Source: Octopus vulgaris
Lineage: Eukaryota
Length of the DNA stretch: 64,000 nt
Direction of reading: 5' to 3'
Assembly: GCA_951406725.2 (NCBI GenBank)
Contig: OX597825.1
Coordinates: 6,944,001-7,008,000, forward strand
The notes beneath the pieces are model-generated. The model was not told the origin of the DNA and made no database searches. It was given only the letters and a program-made list of their open reading frames with translations. A program made the translations under genes and the position numbers. Of this stretch, positions 49,519 through 61,717 are shown piece by piece. The first letter of the stretch is position 1, and each line of letters opens with the position of its first letter.

Positions 49519-50744
49519 GAACAATAATAATAAGGATAATGATGATGATGATGATGTTAGTAATAACTGATAATATTATTAATAATAATAATATAGACTA
49601 TTGTTTATCAAAGTCTTCCATCAACTGTCTCTGATATGATTGGTGACATTTTATCCCCCACCCCGTCATCCTTATCCTTTAAAGTAAATTGTTATCAATT
49701 CTGATAATTATTTCAATTCATTTCCGTTGCCATTACTTATTCTCATTACTAGGTCTTAGCTTTAATTTCCTTCGTGTCTTTCAAACGTTTTTGCTTGTTT
49801 TTCTTTTTCCATTTTTTGCTGCTAGTCTCTCTCTGTCTACATCTCTCTCTCTGTCTCTGTCTCACTCTCTCTGTCTCTCGCACTGAGACGTAGGCCTACA
49901 AGTGATGAGAGGTAAGCTATATTAGTTGAAATGCGCAACACCTGAAATCTGCAACTGACGTAAATCAGACACTGTTTATTATCACATTCAACATCTCATT
50001 AAAAAAGCTGTCATCAAAGATGTTATTCAAAAGAAAAAAAAAAAAACGGGAAAGATTAGACCGATTCCTGTTGAGGTTGTTGTAGTTGTTGTCGGTGGCG
50101 GTATTATCAGCATTATAACTGTGCAGCTCCTCTTCTCCATCCCCCCAGTTCTCTGCACTTAAAACTCACTTCAGACAATTTTTAAAGCCATATATTTTAC
50201 TGTCAGAGCCAAGCAGTTAACTAACATTTAGAGTTACTTCCCTTATCTCGTGGATTTAACACACTTTAAAATGCTGTTATGTTATATAACACTTCTTAAT
50301 CTTTTACAGTTTCTGTCGGATATTAAAACAGTTTTATATAACATTAAATCGGAAAACAAAGGAATTATTACTCACTCTATATATTGATTTTTCTACATTT
50401 ATTTGTCATTAGCAAAGAATTTTAAAAGGGGTTCCATTTTAGAAGAGAATAAATATGTTAAATAATAAAGAAAATGTATACATATATATAAATATATTAA
50501 AAAAAAGAAAATATTTCATCTAAGCAGATTAAAAATTCTATATTTTAGGGTAAAATGAGATTTTGCTCATTAGTGTAGTGATGGGAAGCTGTGTCTATTA
50601 TATTTATTGGTCCATCAAATTTTGGAAACTGGTTGGCTTAATACAGCGATTAAAATATTGTTAATGGTAAGGTTTGGGTAGAAGAGAAAGGTGGAGATAT
50701 TTGGATGGAACCGACCAGACTGGAGCTGCCTGTGTCTATTGTGT

Positions 50745-50965
50745 TTTATCTTTTGCTTGTTTCAGTCATTAGATTGCGGCCATACTGGAGCACTGCCTTG
50801 AAGAATTTTTAGTCGAATGAATCGATGCTGCTACTTAAATTTCTTTTTAAAGCCTGCTGCCTATTCTATCAATCTCTCTTTTGCATGCTAAACCGCTAAG
50901 TCATGGGGGTGGGTGTAAACACATTAACACTGGTTGTCAAGCAGTGGTTGTGGACAAACATTGAC
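50745..50965 (-). mobile_element. SINE family A 3' half
   Basis: TTGTTTCAGTCATTAGATTGCGGCCATACTGGAGCAC...GGTTGTCAAGCAG. Confidence 0.82.
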
Positions 50966-50994
50966 ACATGTGTGTGTATGTGTGTGTGTACGTA

Positions 50995-51068
<74 letters not shown>

Positions 51069-51130
51069 AGAGAATTTTTAATGGAGACAATACTCTATGT
51101 ATAGAACAACTGTTTTTTTTCTTTTTGTGC

Positions 51131-51186
51131 TACAGCCCCTTAATATTCTTACAGCCCCTTGATATTCCTACAGCCCCTTAATATTT
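51131..51186. repeat. 19-bp triple tandem repeat
   Basis: TACAGCCCCTT(A/G)ATATT three times. Confidence 0.92.
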
Positions 51187-51489
51187 TCTGAAATGGTTGT
51201 AGGTTTTTAATGAATTTTTACTTTTCATGGTTTTTAACCGACTTAGTGTCTGTGCTTCACGAGTAAGCTGCCAAGTGTAAACCATTTGTTTTATTATCCA
51301 GTATACATATATATATATATATATGTACTTTATTTAAAAGCAGCAGAAATATAACAAAGGCTGTTACTCAGAGTTTCACTCGAATGGTGGAATATGAACT
51401 CAGAACGTAAAGACAGACAAAATACCAATGAGCATTTCACCCGGTGTACTAATGTTTCTGCCAGCTTGCCGCCTTCGCTTAAGAAGAAG

Positions 51490-51705
51490 TATTCTTTCCT
51501 ACTCTAGGCACAAGGCCTGAAATTTTGGGGAAGGGGCCAGTTAATTAGATTGACTCCAGTACACAACTGGTACCTAATTTATCGACCCTGAAAGGATGAA
51601 AGGCAATATCAACTTTGGTGGAATTTCAACTCAGAATGTAAAGACAGATGAAATACCGCTAAGCATTTTGCCCGGCGCGCTAACGATTCTGCCAGCTCAC
51701 CACTT
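51490..51705 (-). mobile_element. SINE family B, full length (preceded by a partial head copy at 51385-51475)
   Basis: Complete head to tail. Confidence 0.92.
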
Positions 51706-51908
51706 TGAAGAGCTTAATCTTAACTTGGATATTCTGTTGATCCATCTCATATGAGATTCCCATAGAATTTTGCATGAATTTAGAATATCTAAGAGAAATG
51801 AGACATGAAGGATTAAGCATGTCACCTTAATATTGAAGTTGCAGTGGAACAATCATCTGAAAGTTTTATATCTATATTTTCATTGTCTGCATTATCACTT
51901 CCCTTTTA

Positions 51909-52126
51909 AAGTGATGAGCTGGCAGAATCATTAGCACGCCGGGCGAAATGCTTAATAATATTTCGTCTGTCTTTACATTCTGAGTTCAAATTCTGCCGAG
52001 GTCGACTTTGCCTTTCATCCTTTCAAGGTTAATAAATTAAGTACTAGTTGCGTGCTGGAGTTGATCTAATCAACTGGCCCCTCTCCCCCAAAATTTCAAG
52101 CCTTGTGCCTAGAGTAGAAAAGGATA
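51909..52126 (+). mobile_element. SINE family B, full length
   Basis: A-box-like TGGCAGAATCA, B box GAGTTCAAATTC, central domain, tail. Confidence 0.92.
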
Positions 52127-52184
52127 TCTCCTCTTCTCACCACTCTAGATTCTTGTACATTATTCACAATTGCACATAATTTAA

Positions 52185-52395
52185 GGGAGTGAGCTGGCAG
52201 CATTGTTAGTGGGGAGAAATGCTTAGCAACATTTTGTCCATCTGTATGTCCTAAGTTCAAATTCTGCCGAGGGTGACTTTACCTTTCATTCTTTTGGGGG
52301 TGGATAAAATAAATACCAGCTGAATGCTGGGGTTGATGTAGTTGACTTACTCTCTCCCTGAAATTGTTGGTCCTGTGGTGAAATTTGATGCCAAT
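52185..52395 (+). mobile_element. SINE family B, older copy
   Basis: GTGAGCTGGCAG...AGTTCAAATTCTGCCGAGG. Confidence 0.82.
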
Positions 52396-52721
52396 ATTGT
52401 CCATAATTCGATTTGTCTTTCCTTCTTTTAAAGCAGTCCATGTAGGAGATCACATGTAGCATAAATTTACTGCTGTAAGCACAAATGCTGCAGCTTTTTA
52501 TTGGTTAACATTGACAGATTTAATTCCCTCTTCTATGGAAATTACTACCTGCGACAGACCAGTCATCTGTCTGGCTTGATGAGAAAAAGGTGTTACCAGT
52601 TGAATGACACACACATATACACACACATGTGCACTCGCACGCACTTGCACACACACACATGCACACACTTATTATCTATCTCTGTTACACCATCCTTTTT
52701 AAAGTTGTTGTCTTTCTATAC

Positions 52722-53136
52722 TGTCTTTTCTCTTTTACTCTTTTACTTGTTTCAGTCATTTGACTGCGGCCATGCTGGAGCACCGCCTTTAGTCGACCAA
52801 ATCGACCCCGGGACTTATTCTTTGTAAGCCCAGTACTTATTCTATCGGTCTCTTTTGCCGAACTGCTAAGTGACGGGGACGTAAACACACCAGCATCGGT
52901 TGTCAAGCAATGCTAGGGGGACAAACACAGACACACAAACACACACACACACATATATATATATACATATATACGACAGGCTTCTTTCAGTTTCCGTCTA
53001 CCAAATCCACTCACAAGGCATTGGTCGGCCCGGGGCTATAGCAGAAGACACTTGCCCAAGATGCCACGCAGTGGGACTGAACCCGCAACCATGTGGTTGG
53101 TTAGCAAGCTACTTACCACACAGCCACTCCTGTGCC
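52722..53136 (-). mobile_element. SINE family A, young full-length copy
   Basis: Near reverse complement of 28383-28803. Confidence 0.95.
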
Positions 53137-53766
53137 TTTGAAAACAAATCTGACACAGGAGGATTTTTAATTGTTCAACAATCTCCAAGACCCAAACAGT
53201 CAGGTACCAATGGTCAGAGCACCAACCATTTAACCCATTTTCAATATCTTTATTAATTTTTCAACAGAATCAAATATTATACTTTAAATAAAAGTCATTA
53301 AACTAAAGTTTACTCTGCTTAAAATAATTATTTCAACAATATTAAAAAAACAATTATTATCACTAAACATTGATAGTGCCAAAGTCTCAACTTCAACATC
53401 AGACTGACCCTTCTAATAAAGAAAATTTAAAAGATAATATTTTCAGAAATATATTTTTGGATATATTTTAGAATATAATGAATAGCTATAATGATTGATG
53501 GCCATTTCACGGAGAAGGAGAGGAAGGTTGCTTTCCACTTAATATAATAAGCACTCGTGACATTCTTTTAATATCGGTCTAAACCTGATTACTTCCAAGG
53601 TCAATATCTATAAGAGATAAAATAGTTTTAAAGAAAATATATGAAAAAATGCCCTTCCTTTATTTCAGTGTTTCTTAACCATTTACTACCCAAGTAACAC
53701 CTTTAGTTCCTATTTTGCTCAGTATTTAAAAAAAAATTATATTACGTTTTTATAATTAAATATTAC

Positions 53767-54177
53767 TCTTTTATTCTTTTACTTGTTGCAGTCATCTGAC
53801 TGTGGCCATGCTGGAGCACTGTCTTTAGTCGAGCAGATCGACCCCAGGACTTATTCTTTGTAAGCCTAGTACTTATTCTACTGGTCTCTTTTGCTGAACC
53901 GCTAAATTACGTGGACATAAACACACCAGCATCGGTTGTCAAGTGATGTTGGGGGGACAAACACAGACACACAAACATATACACACACATACATATATGT
54001 ATATATACATATATACGACAGGCTTCTTTCAGTTTCCGTCTACCAAATCCACTAACAAGCTTTAGTTGGCCTGAGGCTATAGTAGAAGAAACTTGCCCAA
54101 GGTGCCACGCAATGGGAATGAACCCGGAACCATGTGGTTGGTAAGCAAGCTACTTACTACACAGCCACTCCTGTGCC
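53767..54177 (-). mobile_element. SINE family A, full length
   Basis: Homology; short ATATTA flanking duplication. Confidence 0.93.
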
Positions 54178-54214
54178 TATATTAAAGAACTATATGAAAA
54201 AAATTATTGTTTAT

Positions 54215-54567
54215 TTTCTATCTTTTACTTGTTTCAAGCATTAGACTGTGGCCATGCTGGGGCACCACTCTTATGAATTTTTTTTTTTTGTTACATGAAT
54301 TGACCACAGTAACCTTTTTTTGTTTTTTTTTAAGCCTGATACTTATTCTATCAGTCCCTTTTGCTGTACTGCTAAGTTATGGGGATGCAAACACATCAGC
54401 ACTGGTTGTCAAGTGATGATGGGGAAACAAACACACACACATGTAGGCTTCTTTCAGTTTCTCACAAGTCTTTGGTCAGCCTGAGACTATAACTAAAGAC
54501 ACTTGGCCAAGGTGCTGTATAATAGGACTGAACCGAGATCCATGTGGTTAGGAAGCAAGCTTAACCA
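54215..54567 (-). mobile_element. SINE family A, older copy
   Basis: Homology with internal deletions. Confidence 0.85.
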
Positions 54568-55005
54568 ATTTATTGCAAATAAATCTTAACAACAAAAATC
54601 TCATAGGGTCTCCCAAGGGCCTTATGGACCCTAGTTGAAAAGCACTGGGCTTAAAGTATGAAAAATAAGTACAAAGAATTTATGAAAAAAATAATACTGT
54701 CAAAGAAAAATATTTAATATTGAATATTGTCAAATATTCTGAGATATCAACTGAAATGTTTACATTTCTGCAGAATCTCTTGTATTTTGTTATTCTTGAT
54801 AGAGCAGAGGTGAACTATCGACCAGGTGAGTCAGTCTGGTTTTAAATCTTAAGGTGACGCGGTGGCAGAATGGTTAACAAGCTGAGCAAAATGCTTAGTT
54901 TTGATTTCAAATTCTGCTGAGATTGACATAAAGTATTTATTAAATAATAGAAGGCTAAAGTAAAACCCTGGGATTATGTGGTTGATGCCATGTTTATAAT
55001 TGACG

Positions 55006-55200
55006 AAGGTGGTGAGCTGGCAGCAATTATTAGCATGTTGTGCAAAATGCTTAGCAGGATTTCGTCCATCTTTATGTTCTGAGTTCAAATTCCACTGAGG
55101 TCAGATTTGCCTTTCATCCCTTTGAGGCCGATAAAATAAGAACCAGTTGAGCACTGCCTCCTCCAAGTTGCTGGCCTTGTACCAAAATTTGAAAACAATA
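55006..55200 (+). mobile_element. SINE family B
   Basis: GGTGGTGAGCTGGCAG...GAGTTCAAATTCC...GCCTTTCATCC. Confidence 0.85.
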
Positions 55201-55566
55201 TTGAAACTGCGCAGTCGGTTTTACTCCTAGACAGCACACTAAAAATATCTGATATATATTTGTAAATTTGCACAAGCACATTAATCTATTTCTACACTTG
55301 CAGTGTCTGTGTGCATGTGTGTGTGTGTGTGTGTGTGTGCGTGTGTGTGTATGTGTGTGTGTATATTAAATGAGGGTGAAAAATTAGATATTAATTTAAT
55401 TAACGTCGATTTAACACCAGTGGTCTAGCACATAAAAAAACTGAAGGTGCAGTAAAATTGTATTATATACATATGAGAGGGAAACCATAGCGGATCTATT
55501 TCTGGCATAAGGGTGTCCACATAGTGCTTTCCCTCTAATATGTATATATATATATATGTGTATATA

Positions 55567-55622
<56 letters not shown>

Positions 55623-55625
<3 letters not shown>

Positions 55626-55730
55626 TTAACGTCCGTTCTCCATGCTAGCATGGGTTGGACGGTTCATCATCATCGTTTAACGTCCGTTCTCCATGCTAGC
55701 ATGGGTTGGACGGTTCGACCGGGGATCTGG
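55623..55730 (-). mobile_element. Two tandem RTE extreme 3' ends in (TA)n
   Basis: CGTTTAACGTCCGTTCTCCATGCTAGCATGGGTTGGACGGTT twice, identical to 58193-58234. Confidence 0.92.
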
Positions 55731-55750
55731 GAATATATATATATATGTAA

Positions 55751-55825
<75 letters not shown>

Positions 55826-55864
55826 GTATGTATGTATGTATGTATGTATGTATGTATGTATGTA

Positions 55865-56045
55865 TCGTGGATGATTTTCTTCCTCCATCTTCCTTTCTAT
55901 TGGACTTTCCTCTGTTCCTGAAGAAGAGTGTTGCTTGAAACATTAAATCATCTTTCTTTCCTTCCCTGAGAGTCTGCTAATACTTCACATGTACCACGTC
56001 CTTGCGTTGTTGCTTTTTTGTGTTTGTTGTTGTTCTTTTTTGATT

Positions 56046-56050
<5 letters not shown>
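55865..56050 (+). mobile_element. Hammerhead-bearing repeat family 2, second copy
   Basis: 55914-55948 GTTC-CTGAAGA-A-GAGT/GTT/GCTT-GAAA-CATT-AAAT; flanks homologous to 32507-32695. Confidence 0.7.
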
Positions 56051-56091
<41 letters not shown>

Positions 56092-56158
56092 GTACATACG
56101 TACATATGTACATACATACATACATACATACATACACACACATACATACATACATATG

Positions 56159-56189
<31 letters not shown>

Positions 56190-57371
56190 GTACATATATA
56201 CATACTGCCTCTCTTACCAAGATTAAACTATGTTTGATGTGAAAAATAATTTCCAAGTGATGATTATTGTTAAATATAGTTTAATGATAGATTGTCAGCC
56301 GTACAGCTGCAATCCAGACAAAGAACATAAGTGAATCATGTGAAAATATTTTGAAGCTATGGATATTTATTTATCAAAGATGCAGAAGTAGGCCTTGCCG
56401 GAAGCGCATTTATTAATTAGTATCATTTGGCTGTATCAGTAAGAAAACTTGAGGTTATTCAGTGCATATTAGTTTTGCTGTGTGTCAATAGATATTTCCT
56501 ATCTTCATCAAATTTCTTTAATACTTCGGCTGCCAGAGTCGTGACAGCTTAAGTGCATCCCTTCCTATCAATACATACTTAGACAGTAGACAGAAGCAAT
56601 AAATTAGCAACGGTTGAGAACTGAATACTTTAAATATTATTTAGTGCGGTGTTTTTTTATTTTATTCAAAGTGGATAAACATAAAGATATCAGTGTCTAA
56701 CTTTATGTGAAACTGGCAATTGGTTTAGCCATTATGATGTCAGTCTACAGAATATGAGTGTCTTTGCCAAGGAAACGGTTTTATTGATAGAAACCATTGC
56801 AAGATGGAATGGTTTCAAATACTATGACACGTACTAAGAACCCTAATCAACATAGAAATAATTGAGTTACCTCTGGTACAGAGCTGTGTAGACAGTAAGT
56901 AGAAAGTAAGGCTAGCTAAGTGTCGATGGAATCAAAATGAGAGTTTGGTACAAAATTTGTTTACAAAATGAAAACTGTGAAATATTAATAAAATTTTTTT
57001 TTTTCCCTGTGTGCACACATATCTTTTCTGCTTTTGTTCTTTTCTTTGCCTCCACCAAATAAATATTAAACATGAAAATAATTTCTGTTATGGAAGTTCT
57101 TTAATTGAAAATAGATAGCAAAGAAGATACAGAGGAAACGTGATTTCTAATTACTTTTAGTTCCCAAAACAATAAAAATATCTTAGAAAAGTGCTAGTGG
57201 GGGTTGTACTGAATGCCATAGTCGAAATATTCTTCAAGTGATTGAAGTTTCCGTTAGACTTAGAGGAAAGAAACAAAAATCTAACAACAAAATTTTGTGA
57301 TACTTAAAGAGAAGGGGAGATAATTTCATGAAATGAGAACTCCTCTCTCAGTTAATTTACCTTTAGGTGGC

Positions 57372-57427
<56 letters not shown>

Positions 57428-57608
57428 TGTAATCTTCGTTTCCAGGTAAAGGGAAACTAGACTTTATTGTTTAATAGATTGAAACATTATTGCAGTTATT
57501 CCTTGCCAGCAAAGTAAGAGCATTGTCGAATGAATACACACGTGTGTTTATTTGGTCAAACTCTCTGCTACACACACACTGTATGTATATGAATACATAT
57601 ATATATAT

Positions 57609-57907
57609 AAAAGCACCATCCGTTCGTGTCCGTTGCCAGCATCGCCTGGCCCCGTGCCGGTGACACGTAAAAGCACCATCCGTTCGTGGCCATTCGCCAG
57701 CTCTGTCTGGCACCTGTGCAGGTGGCACGTAAAAACACCCACTACACTCGCGGAGTGGTTGGCGTTAGGAAGGGCATCCAGCCGTAGAAACACTGCCAGA
57801 TCTGACTGGGCCTGACGAAGCCTTCCAGCTTCACAGACCCCAGTTGACCCGTCCAACCCATGCTAGCATGGAAAGCGGACGCTAAACGATGATGATGATG
57901 ATGATGA
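57609..57907 (+). mobile_element. Young RTE-LINE 3' end with ~60-bp internal repeats
   Basis: AAAAGCACCATCCGTTCGTG twice, conserved terminus, (GAT)n. Confidence 0.92.
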
Positions 57908-57917
57908 TATATATATA

Positions 57918-58128
57918 TGAAGGGGTGCTGGAAAGTTCCTTATTTTAAGGGTATCATGAAAGGCCTGGCTGGAGGCCCAACATTTTGAGTTCTTTTACAG
58001 GGCTTAGAAAAACTGAAGGACCACTGCAATAAGTGAGTGAGTCAGGGGGGAATATGTTGGATAAAATCATAATTAACTGATCCTCCTATATTTCCTTTTA
58101 CCGAAAGCCAGGAACATATCAGCATACC

Positions 58129-58132
<4 letters not shown>
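57918..58132 (+). mobile_element. mariner-derived MITE, copy 1, in (TA)n
   Basis: TATGAAGGGGTGCTGGAAAGTTCC versus reverse complement of right end TATGAGGGTATGCTGATATGTTCC (18/24); internal QGLEKLKDHCNK* transposase C-terminal remnant. Confidence 0.78.
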
Positions 58133-58170
<38 letters not shown>

Positions 58171-58173
<3 letters not shown>

Positions 58174-59674
58174 TCATCATCATCATCATCATCGTTTAAC
58201 GTCCGTTCTCCATGCTAGCATGGGTTGGACGGTTCGACCGGGGATCTGGAAAGCCAGAAGGCTGCACCAGGCTCCAGTCTTATCTGGCAGTGTTTCTACA
58301 GCTGGATGCCCTTCCTAACGCCAACCACTCCGTGAGTGTAGTGGGTGCTTTTCACGTGCCACCTGCACAGGTGCCAGGCAAGGCTGGCAACGGCCACGGT
58401 CGGATTGGTGTATTTTATGTGCCACCTGCACGGAAGCCAAACGAGGGGGTGCTGGCATCGGCCACGAGTCGGATAGTGCTTTACGTACCACCAGACCAGG
58501 GATCCTGGCTGGTTCAATTCATTCCTTGCCCCAACATGTCTTCGCAAGCAATGGGGTTGGCATGGGTGCCTGTCGTACGGTCAGATTGGTGTATTTTACG
58601 TGCCACCGGCATTCGATTTCGATTTGCTGGTCAATTCAATTTCGATTTCGTTTTCGCTTGCCCCAACATGTCTTCGCAAGCAAGGGGGTTGGCATGGGTG
58701 CCAGTCATACGGTCAGATTGGTGTATTTTACGTGCCACCGGCACGGAAGCCAGTGGAGGCATCGGCCACGAGTCGGATAGTGCTTTTTACGTACCACCAG
58801 ACCAGGGATCCTGGCTGGTTCAATTCGATTTCGCTTGCCCCAACATGTCTTCGCAAGCAAGGGGGTTGGCATGGGTGCCTGTCGTATGGTCAGATTGGTG
58901 TATTTTACGTGCCACCGGCACGGAAGCCAGTGGAGGCGGCGCTGGCATCGGCCACGAGTCGGATAGTGCTTTTTACGTACCACCAGACCAGGGATCCTGG
59001 CTGGTTCAATTCGATTTCGATTTCGCTTGCCCCAACATGTCTTCACAAGCAAAGGGGGTTGGCATGGGTGCCTGTCGTCGGATGAGGTTCTATATCGACT
59101 TCGCTTGCCTCAACAGGTCTTTGTGTCCAAGGGAGGGAAGGCATTCATAAGTGGGCTGGGCTCACTTGTCCTGCCTGGTCTTCTCACGTACATAATATTT
59201 CCAAAGGTCTCGGTCGCTGGTCATTTCCTCAGTGAGGCCTAAAGTTCGAAGGTCGTGCTTCACCACCTCGTCCCAGGTTTTCCTGGGTTTACCTCTTCCA
59301 CGGGTTCCCTCAACTGCTAAGGATTGGCACTTTCTCACACACCTATCTTCATCCATTCTCGCCACATGACCATACCAGCGCAATCGTCTCTCTTGCACAC
59401 CACAACTGATGCCTCTTAGGTACAACATTTCTCTCAAGGTGCTAACGCTCTGTCGAGTATGTACACTGACATTACACATCCATCGGAGCATACTGGCTTC
59501 ATTCCTCACGAGCTTACGCATGTCCTCGGCAGTCACGGCCCATGTTTCACTGCCATGTAGCATGGCTGTTCGTACACACGCATCATACAGTCTGCCTTTT
59601 ACTCTGAGCGAGAGGCCTTTAGTCACCAGCAGAGGTAAGAGCTCCCTAAACTTTGCCCAGGCTATTCTTATTCT
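58171..59674 (-). mobile_element. Young 5'-truncated RTE-clade LINE with ~1-kb repetitive 3' UTR and (GAT)n tail
   Basis: Open ORF C-terminus, stop at 59162-59164, tandem 130-190-bp UTR repeats, terminus shared with more than 10 fragments in window. Confidence 0.93.
59162..59674 (-). pseudogene. RTE LINE polyprotein C-terminal region (post-RT), uninterrupted but 5'-truncated
   Basis: RIRIAWAKFRELLPLL...KGRLYDACVRTAMLHGSETW...RRLRWYGHVARM...RGRGKPRKTW...DRDLW. Confidence 0.92.
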
Positions 59675-59681
59675 TGAAAAC

Positions 59682-59891
59682 TGCTGAAAACTTCCTGGCT
59701 TTAAGGGTATTGCAAAAGTCAGGTTAGCAGCCCAACCTTCTGAGTTCGAAGCCCTTTTACAGGGCTTAGAAAAACTGAAGGACAGCTGCATTAAGTGTGT
59801 GAATTTGAGAAGGGGTTATGTTGAATAAAATCATAATTAACTGATCCTTCTGTGTTTTCTTTTACCCAAAGCCAAGAAATTTTCAACATCC
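59682..59891 (+). mobile_element. mariner-derived MITE, copy 2
   Basis: Homologous to 57918-58132; TGCTGAAAACTTCCTGGC ... GCCAAGAAATTTTCAACA; encodes QGLEKLKDSCIKCVNLRRGYVE*. Confidence 0.8.
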
Positions 59892-60111
59892 ATCAGTCTT
59901 CAGCCCAATCCAGGTGACCCCCACTTCTGTCATAACACTCTTTCTCTTCCTTTATTGATTATTTCATCCCTTTACACACACACACACCTTGCATTTCTTT
60001 CTCCTTTCTTTTCCTCTTTCTCTTCTCTCTCATCTCTTCCCAACTTGCTCTTGCCATCTCCAATACCTTTCCGTATATTTTCACTCTCCCACACATTCCA
60101 TTTCATTTCAT

Positions 60112-60360
60112 ATTCTTCTTCTTCTTCTTCTTCTTCTTCTTCTTCTTCTTCCTACTTCTTCTTCCTCCTCCTTCTTCTTTCTCCTTCTTCCTCCTTCTTC
60201 CTCTTTCTTCTTCTTCTTCCTCCTTCTTCTTTCTCCTTCTTCCTCCTTCTTCTTCCTTCTTCCTCTTTCTTCTTCTTCCTCTTCCTTCTCCTCCTCCTCC
60301 TCCTCCTCCTTCTTCCTCCTCCTCCTCCTTCTTCTTCTTCTTCTTCTTCTTCTTCTTCTT

Positions 60361-60400
<40 letters not shown>

Positions 60401-60410
60401 TCTCTCTCTC
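60112..60410. repeat. Polypyrimidine (CTT/CCT)n plus (CT)n tract
   Basis: ~300 bp almost purine-free on + strand. Confidence 0.95.
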
Positions 60411-61086
60411 AATAAACCATTCCAAAGCTAAAATTCAACGCAACCATTTCCAATATGGTAACAGTGTTCCTGATTAAAAGATATTTATCTCACATTGGCA
60501 ATTTGCTTCGATTGTTGAAATCTCAGCTGAAGAAGGGGAATCTCGCTCGTGATTATGCATTACCTCACCCACCCCAGAGCCTCATTTTTTTATTTATATT
60601 TTTTATCATTGCTTTCACTGCTTTCAGACATTGGACAGTGGCCATGCTGGAGCACCTCCTTCCTTTCAAGGATTTACTCAATTATACCAGCCTCACTACA
60701 TTGGTCTTGGTAGGTTGTACCAAATACATCATGCTACCTTTTGTTTGAGGCATTAGTATATATACGTGTTTACATTTGTGTGTATGTGCATATATATACA
60801 TACAAGTGTATACATAAAGACACACAAACGCACACACACACACACGTATATGTATGTATATACATGTACGTTAAAATATGTTTGTCACATATTTCGGCTT
60901 CTAAAGATAAATTGACTTACAGTTACTGTGGAGGAAAAAATTCTCTCTTATGGAGAAAAGGTGTAAAAATACTATATCTGTCCAGTACATGCACACTCAC
61001 ACACACACGTACACACACACATACACACACGTACATACATATACACACACATACATACATACATATATACATACATACATACATAC

Positions 61087-61132
<46 letters not shown>

Positions 61133-61168
61133 ACACACACACATATATATATATACATATATATATAT

Positions 61169-61203
<35 letters not shown>

Positions 61204-61678
61204 CATATATACACACACACATATATAAATAATAAATGATGGATAGGTGTCACTTCACCTCCCTTGAAACCAATCTTTGTGTGTTCCAAAGTATATTATG
61301 GAGCAAATATTTAATAGAATGTGCATTTCTGAATTAGCCCAAGGACTGGTACTATTCTCAGATGGGTTCTTCAATTAACTGTATACACAGCCTGAATATC
61401 TTTCTGTCTCTACTTCAGTTCCAACATTTGTATTATTTATCTGTAATTGCTGTGTATGCATTTTTAATTTGGACTCAACCTGGTGCCTTACCATTATTTA
61501 AGTGCCTTATTCACCTAAATCTTAATATATATATACATGCATATATGGATACAGGACATCACCAACACTGCAAATAACATGAAATACATAAGCAATGAGA
61601 AAAACGGAAGACAGAACAAGTAAACACAGAGAAAGAACCCTTCATCAGTTGTCAGCTGTCTATCTACTCCTCATTTCA

Positions 61679-61716
<38 letters not shown>

Positions 61717-61717
61717 T

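Larger units (their letters stand above)
53666..54647. mobile_element. hAT MITE related to 43464-43701, interrupted by two SINE-A copies
   Basis: Termini CAGTGTTTCTTAAC / GTTGAAAAGCACTG; internal TTTTATAATTAAATATT shared with 43564-43580; no TSD recognisable. Confidence 0.55.

Noticed and set aside
55476-55536. Tiny element with AGAGGGAAA/TTTCCCTCT inverted ends
   Set aside because: Single copy, 9-bp match, no clear TSD
58212-59150. 312-aa + strand ORF and overlapping ORFs
   Set aside because: Antisense to the RTE 3' UTR tandem repeats; repeated peptide blocks mirror the DNA repeats
59675-59791. N-terminal ~39 aa of the 209-aa ORF
   Set aside because: Antisense MITE sequence fortuitously in frame with the truncated RTE ORF
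61575-61682. Minus-strand GAAA...CTGATGA as a permuted hammerhead
   Set aside because: Could not build stems I and III
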